Translations under genes and position numbers: made by a program
Origin: a bacterium
GTDB lineage: Bacteria; Zhuqueibacterota; Zhuqueibacteria; Oceanimicrobiales; Oceanimicrobiaceae
Direction: 5' to 3'
DNA length: 12,207 bases
NCBI GenBank assembly: GCA_046757165.1
Contig: JBHHXT010000145.1
Coordinates: 1-12,207, forward strand
Notes under the pieces: model-generated
Told to the model about the DNA's origin: nothing
Database searches by the model: none
The model's input: the letters and a program-made list of their open reading frames with translations, nothing else
Shown here: positions 5,939 to 12,207 of the stretch, piece after piece
Numbering within the stretch: the stretch's first letter is position 1
Layout of the letters: each line of letters opens with the position of its first letter

Positions 5939-8785
5939 CTACCCCCGGATGTCTTGTTTGCGCCGACTGGTTGCAAACATGCCCAGGAATACGGAAACCA
6001 TGGTCAGAGCACATGGCGAAAGACAGATTTGCTCCAGCTCCTCTTGTTCGCGCTTGATGTTGCCAGCCTTGTCGGATACCTCACCGTAGACCGTATATTT
6101 TTGTGAGTTGTACGGATGAACCAGGTGCAGGTGATACTCATGGTCGTTGACCTTTTGTTGTTTAATCCCCTTCAGCTTTTTGCCATTTACTTTGACCAGA
6201 AAAGTCCCCGGGTCGACGCCAGATCCAAAATCTGTCACCTTTACGGTCAGAGAAACGGTGCTTTCGGTGAGATCGCAGTCCAGCAGCTCATACGATGGCG
6301 CAATGGTATCCTTGATCGGTTTGCTCACTTCGGCTTTGGTTGTGTTTCCTGCCCGATCTTCGGCGACCAACACGGCTGCAAGATTGTCTCCGATTGCGGC
6401 CGCGTGCAACCCATCCTCACCACTGACCTCGTAGCGTAGCCTGGTAACCTGCCCCCGGGTTCTGATGCGGGCCTCGCTCAGGTCGACCGGCTGACCATTG
6501 AGCTCAAGGGTCAACTTGCTCGCGTCCAGGCCGTAACCACTTTCAACAACGGTGGCACTCACTCGAACCGGGCGACCCGCTTCGAGATGAGCGGGTTTCG
6601 AGGGGGGATTGGTGCTCAGTTTCAGATGTTGTATGGTGGGTTTTTCCAATTCAAATGCGAGAATGTCGATGCCGTGATTTTTGAAAGCCTGGCTGATTTC
6701 GGGATAGTCTGGCGTCCCGGTGAAGAGGCGGTTGTCATCGTCGTCAGCCAGCAAGAGATTCACACTGAAATCTGCAAATGTCTGGGGGACCGGCGGGATA
6801 AGGAGCGCTTCGAGAATCAGCTCGTCTGTGTAGATCGCGCCCTTTTTCTCACTTTTGGTTTTCTCGATTATCCCCTGACGCAAATCCCACAGAACGCCGG
6901 AGAAAATCCGGCTGTTCGCATGCACATACCCTCTGTCCCGCTCGCCAACTTGCAAGTCTTGCTGGTAATCAAGCTGGTTGTCGAGATTGCGGTTGTGCTT
7001 TCTGCCAATCCGGTGCTCGGGGCTGGCAATTCTGACCTCCGGCTCGCCGTTCAGGGCGCAGGCATAATAGTCGGCCAGTGCCTCATTGATGGCGCCGGAC
7101 TCGTCGCGATAGGGGAGAGGATCCGGCCCGGGTTCGGTCGGGGTGACCAGCCAGTTCACCACGCCATGGGTGTATTCGTGATAGATGACGTCACTGCGCA
7201 GCGCCAGGGACTCCTTGATACTGCCGAACACCAGGACATCGTTGCCGCTGCCGGGATGATAACTTGCGTTTGTGTAGCCCGGGATCGAAATAATGCTGAC
7301 GGGCGTCCCGAGCCAGTCAGCAATGCCGCGCTCCACAAAATATTCGCGAATGCGTTCGAGATGGACCGCGGTGTTGAGCTCAGGCGAAACAGATTCAACC
7401 ACCACCTCATTGATTCCGTTTGTCAGCGTGGCAACGTTGACATCTGTGTCGGCCAGCGGTTTCTCGTAGTATCGCTTTGAAAGCGACACACCGGACAACA
7501 GGAAAACGAGCTGTTCAAGAAATCCAGTGTCGAGGACACCGAACCTCTCGTTGACAGCCCGAATACTCAGCTCATCCACTGACGTGCCGGCCGTAAGGTA
7601 GAGAATCCCATCGTCGCCAAGGTCCTGAAATCCCAACGCCTGACTGCCGACCTGGCCGTTCGCGAAGACCACGAATGTTTCCTGGCTCTCCTCAGGCGAC
7701 TTGTCCAACGTGGCGATCTTGATCCGGCTCGCGGTCTGATTGGTAGAGAGATTCTCGCGGTACAGCGTCTGGCCCGTAGCTGCTTCAACAACGTACTTCC
7801 AAACCTCAAATGACTGGTCATGATGCTTTGTCCCATGTAGTTGATAGGCAAGCGTGTACACGAATTGCGCCTGAGCTCTGGAAGCTGGCTGTGGGAAGAG
7901 AACCAATTCAACGGCGGCCGAGTCAACACTTTCCAGGGTGTTACGCGTGACAACCCGGGAGACAATTTCTTGTTTTGGCAAGATCGATTCCGTTGTGTCG
8001 ACCTCAATATCGGGAAACAAGTCCATCCCGAGCTGGACCACATCTCTGCGGCTGATGGTCACACTCGCTTCACCACCAAATACGGGAAGTTTTTCATCGA
8101 TCAACGGGTGGCGAACCTGCTGGCCGAAGGTCACGATCCACTTGTCCTTGAACTTTCGAACCGGTCTGGGGTGGAGGGTGGAGAGGTCGATTCTTGCCAG
8201 AGCAGGATTGACCGGGAGGTTAGCTGCAACGTATTTGCTGAGCACCTGCCTGGCTATCCTTGCCGCCTGCTTCTTGTTCTGCGGCGCCCGCGGAATTCGA
8301 ATGGCAGAGCCGACAATCCGGTGAGGCAACCCGGTGGATTTGCTTGTCCACGTGCGCCAGACATCGTTTCTTCCTGCTCTTGCAATGACCGAGGTGGTAT
8401 CAACCGCTTGCTCCAAATTGCTTTCTGATCCTGAGCCGGGAGGTTCAAAAAGCATGACGTGAACGTGAGGCCGCTTGAAACGCTCAACAGTTTGAACAGG
8501 GAAGGTGGCTGCAAGAAAGCCTTCGGCATCGACTCTGATCTCATACAGACCAGGAGCGAGCTGCATGCCACTTCGACCCTTTTCGTTTGACACCGAAGTT
8601 CCCACCAGGGTGTCATTTTGCCAGAATTCCACCCGGGCATTGGCGATAGGATTTCCGGGAGCTGCCTCATCGTGTGGGTATTCGCGCACCTCAAAAGAAA
8701 TACCGGTGCGATAGTAAAGGGACAACACGACAAGTACGCCAGTCAGGACAACCCCGAGCAAAGAATAGATGGTCCTGGATTTCAT
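5939..8785 (-). CDS. Secreted/membrane-anchored zinc metalloprotease, thermolysin-like (M4/M36, clan MA), paralog 1
   Basis: Same architecture as 3035-5899: NASY, HEYTH (7166-7180), ESGAINEALADYY, VHANSRI, LLLADDDDNRL..GTP and a CLSPC tail. SD GGAGG; the start overlaps the upstream stop (ATGA, 8782-8785). Confidence 0.88.
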   Translation of the reverse strand: MKSRTIYSLLGVVLTGVLVVLSLYYRTGISFEVREYPHDEAAPGNPIANARVEFWQNDTLVGTSVSNEKGRSGMQLAPGLYEIRVDAEGFLAATFPVQTVERFKRPHVHVMLFEPPGSGSESNLEQAVDTTSVIARAGRNDVWRTWTSKSTGLPHRIVGSAIRIPRAPQNKKQAARIARQVLSKYVAANLPVNPALARIDLSTLHPRPVRKFKDKWIVTFGQQVRHPLIDEKLPVFGGEASVTISRRDVVQLGMDLFPDIEVDTTESILPKQEIVSRVVTRNTLESVDSAAVELVLFPQPASRAQAQFVYTLAYQLHGTKHHDQSFEVWKYVVEAATGQTLYRENLSTNQTASRIKIATLDKSPEESQETFVVFANGQVGSQALGFQDLGDDGILYLTAGTSVDELSIRAVNERFGVLDTGFLEQLVFLLSGVSLSKRYYEKPLADTDVNVATLTNGINEVVVESVSPELNTAVHLERIREYFVERGIADWLGTPVSIISIPGYTNASYHPGSGNDVLVFGSIKESLALRSDVIYHEYTHGVVNWLVTPTEPGPDPLPYRDESGAINEALADYYACALNGEPEVRIASPEHRIGRKHNRNLDNQLDYQQDLQVGERDRGYVHANSRIFSGVLWDLRQGIIEKTKSEKKGAIYTDELILEALLIPPVPQTFADFSVNLLLADDDDNRLFTGTPDYPEISQAFKNHGIDILAFELEKPTIQHLKLSTNPPSKPAHLEAGRPVRVSATVVESGYGLDASKLTLELNGQPVDLSEARIRTRGQVTRLRYEVSGEDGLHAAAIGDNLAAVLVAEDRAGNTTKAEVSKPIKDTIAPSYELLDCDLTESTVSLTVKVTDFGSGVDPGTFLVKVNGKKLKGIKQQKVNDHEYHLHLVHPYNSQKYTVYGEVSDKAGNIKREQEELEQICLSPCALTMVSVFLGMFATSRRKQDIRG

Positions 8786-9678
8786 TGGTCTTCCTCCAAG
8801 GATATGAGCTTGCGAGCCTTTTTCTTGTTTTTCTTCTCTTTGAAATCGAGAAACTGGAGGCTTTCCGGATATTCGTAGGCCATCACTATCAGCGTGTCCC
8901 CCGCCTGCAGCGCATAATTACGGTCGATGGCATGAGTCGATTTTGAGCCAGGTGAGCGTGGGTTTAGCGTCAACTGCTCCACTTCGATTTCGTGGCCTTC
9001 ATGATTGCGAAGCTTTTGACCTGAGCGTTCTTTCGTGTCTTTGGTCACCAGTCCGAGCAAGATAACTTCCAGCGTGTCGTCGTTGAGAATCCGGGCCTCG
9101 AGCTCCCGGTAGGTACGCCTGAGAAAGGCGGGGGGAACCGGGATTTTATACAATTCGTTCGTGTCTTCTGTGGCAGTGAGCAGGTGCTGGAAAATGAGTG
9201 ATGCACCATGGGTGATCACGGATTGTGACAGCAGCTTCTCCATCAGCTCAGCGCTGCAAACGATTTCATCCACATGCGTATGTTCAAAGTAGGCGCGGTT
9301 GCGCGTTTGCAGCAGCTCAACCACGGTGTAGACCCGGGGCTCGATCGCCTCGATTGCGAGGGCGATGAGAATGGATTTCATGTCTGCATAGCTGCCCTCC
9401 CGGCTGTCGGCCAGCACGATGGCTGTGTTCGCCTCTCGGACATTGGTTCGGCGCAGCACTTGCTCATCCATGGGATCGCCCGGGACAACGAAGACCAGGT
9501 CAAAATAGGGCGCGAGGTTCCGGGGGATATCGTCCGGAGTGGCACTGACGATGATGACCGGCCGTCTCTCTTTCAGAACACTGGAGCGCAGTTCCTGCAG
9601 CACAAACTCGGCCTGCGCGGACCAATTGCAAATCACAATGTGATCTCGAATACGTTCTTCCATTTTACTCTTCACCAT
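8782..9678 (-). CDS. Soluble RCK (TrkA-N/TrkA-C-like) channel regulatory protein
   Basis: DHIVICNW, RPVIIV, VPGDPMDEQVLRRTNVREANTAIVLAD, D.KSILIALAIE, YTVVEL; no TM segment. Start is ATG 9678 (SD GAGGTG, 7-nt spacing) or ATG 9663, rather than 9741. Confidence 0.87.
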   Translation of the reverse strand: MVKSKMEERIRDHIVICNWSAQAEFVLQELRSSVLKERRPVIIVSATPDDIPRNLAPYFDLVFVVPGDPMDEQVLRRTNVREANTAIVLADSREGSYADMKSILIALAIEAIEPRVYTVVELLQTRNRAYFEHTHVDEIVCSAELMEKLLSQSVITHGASLIFQHLLTATEDTNELYKIPVPPAFLRRTYRELEARILNDDTLEVILLGLVTKDTKERSGQKLRNHEGHEIEVEQLTLNPRSPGSKSTHAIDRNYALQAGDTLIVMAYEYPESLQFLDFKEKKNKKKARKLISLEEDQ

Positions 9679-10990
9679 TTGCGTGCACCTCGATTTTTGA
9701 GACGTCGGGCTTACTGTAGGCCATGAGAACCAGCTTGTCATCAGAGGTCAATTTGTAGTTTTGGCTGTCCTTCCCGGCCCGGGACCTTTTCCCTGCCGGC
9801 TGTCTCGGATTCAGCACGACTTTTGTGGTCGCGATTCTGCCGCCGTAATGGTTGAGCACGCCTTTCACAACCGGGCGCTCGTAGCCCAGTAGAATGAAAT
9901 CGTCAGGCAGCGCACGCATGACCTTCTTGACCTCCCGATAGGTTTTACCGACAAGCGTGTCCGGCACGGCTAGTTTGTAGAATTCATTGGTGTCCAGACT
10001 CGCGGTTAAGAGATGTTGATAAACATGCGTCAGACCGTGGCTGATGCAAGCCTGCGCGAGCAACTTGAAGGTAAACTCCTCCACAGAGATCACCTCATCG
10101 ATGTGTGTGCGCTGCAGGTGGATCTTGTTGCGCGCATCCAGAAGTTCAACACAGGTGTAGGTGTCCTGGCTGAGTGCATCGATCGTCATCCCGATGAGAA
10201 TCGTTTTAGCATCGATGAGGCTTGTTTGGTTGAGATGCAGACCAGCATGGGCAGAATTTGTCGCAGCTTGGGCCGCGATGGTCGGCGCATGATTGAGGAT
10301 ATTTCCATCTGAGCTGGACGGGGTGCCGGCAAGAATCAGTGCCGTGGCAGCGTGCTGCATGTCTGCCTTTTTCAGGATTTCCGCGCGCGTGGGATCGCCG
10401 CCAACCGCCCACACGTCTTTGAAAATTCTTTCATGACCATCGATAGAAATGGCCTCGGCTTGCTCAGCCACAATGACCACAGGCCGGGTGAACCGGGTGG
10501 ATTCATCGCGAATCTGGCGCAAGATATTGAGTCCCTTCTCGCCCCAGTTGCAAATGACAAAATGGTCCTGGAAATGGCTGTAGGCAGGCTTTTTCTTGAT
10601 CAATTTTGCCTCCTTGATGTGCTCTTGAATAATGGAAACCACGTTTCCGATGAGAATGGCCACCAGACCCAGGCTGCCAAACAGCATGACCAGCACAGAG
10701 CCGAGCCATCCCGCAAAGGTGTGGGGAATATACTCCTCAAATCCGCTAAAAAGATAGACCAGGATGTTCTTGTAGGCGTGTGGATAGGAATCGAAATAAT
10801 TGACCTCACCACGGAGAATTTCCTCGGGCGTCGGCTGATAATCTTTTTCTGTAAAATAGAGCCAGGTGGCGCCCACTACCCAGATGATGATCAGAAAGAG
10901 AACGATCTTGACAATGTCGACAAGCCGGTAACGCTCGCTAAAGCTAAGAATGATCTTCAGCAGCTTTGATGAGAATTTCATGAGTGCCAT
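9665..10990 (-). CDS. 2-TM potassium-channel-family protein with C-terminal RCK domain and atypical filter
   Basis: TM1 IVLFLIIIWVVGATWLYFTE, pore segment AYKNILVYLFSGFEEYIPHTFAG, TM2 WLGSVLVMLFGSLGLVAILIG, then RCK (DHFVICNW, VGGDPTRAEILKKA, DAKTIL, YTCVEL). Start uncertain: ATG 10990, ATG 10981 or TTG 11089. Confidence 0.87.
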   Translation of the reverse strand: MALMKFSSKLLKIILSFSERYRLVDIVKIVLFLIIIWVVGATWLYFTEKDYQPTPEEILRGEVNYFDSYPHAYKNILVYLFSGFEEYIPHTFAGWLGSVLVMLFGSLGLVAILIGNVVSIIQEHIKEAKLIKKKPAYSHFQDHFVICNWGEKGLNILRQIRDESTRFTRPVVIVAEQAEAISIDGHERIFKDVWAVGGDPTRAEILKKADMQHAATALILAGTPSSSDGNILNHAPTIAAQAATNSAHAGLHLNQTSLIDAKTILIGMTIDALSQDTYTCVELLDARNKIHLQRTHIDEVISVEEFTFKLLAQACISHGLTHVYQHLLTASLDTNEFYKLAVPDTLVGKTYREVKKVMRALPDDFILLGYERPVVKGVLNHYGGRIATTKVVLNPRQPAGKRSRAGKDSQNYKLTSDDKLVLMAYSKPDVSKIEVHANGEE

Positions 10991-11041
10991 TTCAAAGGTT
11001 TCGTGCGTTTCGCGAACGTTTGGCCGCACCAGAAATGGTCC

Positions 11042-11062
11042 AACACGGTCTGCGACCGTGTT
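11042..11062. repeat. 9-bp hairpin with 3-nt loop in the operon leader
   Basis: AACACGGTC-TGC-GACCGTGTT; the loop reads GCA on the minus strand. Confidence 0.55.
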
Positions 11063-11308
11063 TTGACAAAGCCGGTTATCCTTATACAAACGAACACTTT
11101 GGCAGACATTTCCTCAAAACGCCTGAGATACCGAAGGAGCAATGCAGGAGTTTACCGTTGGTGCCGTGCGGCTTGCTCGCACAAAGAACACCGGGCAAGG
11201 AAGCATGATGGTGGTGTCATGGCCAGTTGCAAGACGTTGCTGTCTATGGGAAAGGGGATTCACATTCAGACGCAACTTCCTTGGCTCTCGGGAGACAACT
11301 GTGTCAAA

Positions 11309-11337
11309 AGTATAACAAAAATTACAAAAAAAGTCAA
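11309..11337 (-). promoter_or_regulatory. Near-consensus sigma70 promoter driving the minus-strand cluster
   Basis: Minus strand TTGACT (11337-11332), 17-nt spacer, TATACT (11314-11309), with an extended -10 TG and AT-rich context. Confidence 0.75.
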
Positions 11338-11486
11338 GAGCTTTTGTTACCGATTTTGTTCGTTGATCTAATGGTAAAGAGTGCTATGCTGACTGAATGA
11401 GAAGGCTCGTGTCGTAGGTTTCGAATCCGTCGCGAAGTGTCTTCCTTCAGTTAGGCGCTCGGACGCCGCATAGGACAAGAGTGAAG

Positions 11487-11669
11487 TTACCTGGCAATTT
11501 CTTGCTCTGCCTTTCCTCCGCTGGCGTGCTGGGTGATGAAAAGCAGCTCGGTCATCGTGGGCTGCAGGCGGATGTTCAGGTGAGGGGGTCTGCCCTGGGC
11601 AAAAACGCCGGCGCACAGGCAAACCAGGGCGGTGGTCCCCGGAATCCTGCTTTGAAAACATCGTTTCAT
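11487..11669 (-). pseudogene. Possible small or truncated secreted protein (60 aa)
   Basis: SD-like AAGGGA before the ATG. MKRCFQSRIPGTTALVCLCAGVFA-Q resembles a signal peptide with an SPase I site, but no recognisable mature domain follows. Confidence 0.25.
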
Positions 11670-11794
11670 GTTTCCCTTAACTGCACAAACATCCGGTTGG
11701 CACATCCGCGTCGGAACAGTCGGCACGTCTTTTCAGCCATGGCAGAACATTTCGCTTTCAGCGCTAAAAAACTGGTTGCCATTTTCTTGTTTTG

Positions 11795-11818
11795 TGATTA
11801 TTTCATAATAAATAATCA
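11795..11818. promoter_or_regulatory. Inverted repeat, candidate TA autorepression operator around a -10-like hexamer
   Basis: TGATTATTT-CATAAT-AAATAATCA. A second palindrome, TTCATATGAA, lies at 11825-11834. Confidence 0.55.
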
Positions 11819-11852
11819 ATTGGGTTCATATGAAAGATCGAGACCATAAGAA

Positions 11853-12077
11853 ATGAAAACCGTCACAATTCCAAAAGAAGAATACGAGCGTTTTAAAGAA
11901 GCCTACGCGATCCTGCGAGACGAAAAGTTTCTTGATAAATTGAATCGACTGGCAGAGTTGATCCTTTTTGAAAGGCTCGGCATTGTTATGCCCGAGAACA
12001 CAAGTGATCTCACCGAAGCCGCCATCGGTAGAGTGGCAGAGTGGAAATCGGAGGGAAATCCCTGGGACGATGTATAA
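11853..12077 (+). CDS. Putative antitoxin of the downstream PemK/MazF toxin
   Basis: 74 aa, N-terminal TVTIPKEEYE, acidic C-terminus ending WDDV. The stop overlaps the toxin start (ATGTATAA). The role is inferred from position and size. Confidence 0.72.
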   Translation: MKTVTIPKEEYERFKEAYAILRDEKFLDKLNRLAELILFERLGIVMPENTSDLTEAAIGRVAEWKSEGNPWDDV

Positions 12078-12207
12078 GCAAGGTGAAATCGTCCTCGTGC
12101 CTTTTCCATATTCGGACCTCTCAGGTTCCAAACTCCGACCGGTTCTGGTTGTCTCGAACAACGATTATGACAGCTCTTTCCCCGATATAATAGTTGCGGT
12201 CATCACG
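12070..12207 (+). CDS. PemK/MazF-family endoribonuclease toxin (5' part, runs off window; absent from the ORF track)
   Basis: Hand translation: MYKQGEIVLVPFPYSDLSGSKLRPVLVVSNNDYDSSFPDIIVAVIT, with the family hallmarks GEIVLVPFP, KxRPVLVVS and IIVAVIT. Confidence 0.93.
   Translation, partial: MYKQGEIVLVPFPYSDLSGSKLRPVLVVSNNDYDSSFPDIIVAVIT

Noticed and set aside
3428..7480. Long + strand ORFs antisense to the proteases (3428-4387, 4466-4936, 4937-5452, 6587-7480), similar to one another
   Set aside because: Shadow frames of the real minus-strand genes. Their mutual similarity follows from the protease duplication, and they show no motifs of their own.
9679..9741. N-terminal extension of the RCK ORF in the supplied track
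   Set aside because: It overlaps the channel 3' end by 77 nt. Similarity begins at RDHIVICNW, and better starts exist at 9678 and 9663.
9274..10969. + strand ORFs opposite the channel and RCK genes
   Set aside because: Antisense shadows without independent evidence.
10991..11302. c-di-AMP (ydaO) or another known riboswitch upstream of the channel
   Set aside because: I could not identify the conserved sequence blocks by eye, so it is reported only as an unexplained leader.
11410..11432. GTCGTAGGTTTCGAATCC, resembling a tRNA T-arm or integration-site remnant
   Set aside because: There is an extra T in the loop, the T-stem pairs poorly, and no acceptor or anticodon stem is visible.

Overview
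The window has three blocks. (1) A + strand AAA_14/DUF4143-type ATPase, probably leaderless, whose promoter lies under a perfect 18-bp inverted repeat. (2) A ~9.5-kb minus-strand cluster behind a near-consensus sigma70 promoter and a ~310-nt leader. It encodes a 2-TM K+-channel-like protein with a non-canonical filter (LFSGFEE in place of TVGYGD), a separately encoded paralogous soluble RCK protein, two tandem ~950-aa thermolysin-like (M4/M36) zinc metalloproteases sharing a C-terminal 'CLSPC + hydrophobic + basic' tail, a DUF2085 membrane protein and an OmpA-C lipoprotein. (3) A divergent type II toxin-antitoxin pair (small antitoxin plus PemK/MazF toxin, cut by the window end) with an upstream inverted repeat. 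The intergenic spaces hold several palindromic mini-repeats. The best candidate for an undescribed system is the translationally coupled channel/RCK/twin-protease operon and its possible new Cys-containing C-terminal sorting signal. All family calls come from motif recognition by eye; no database search was run.
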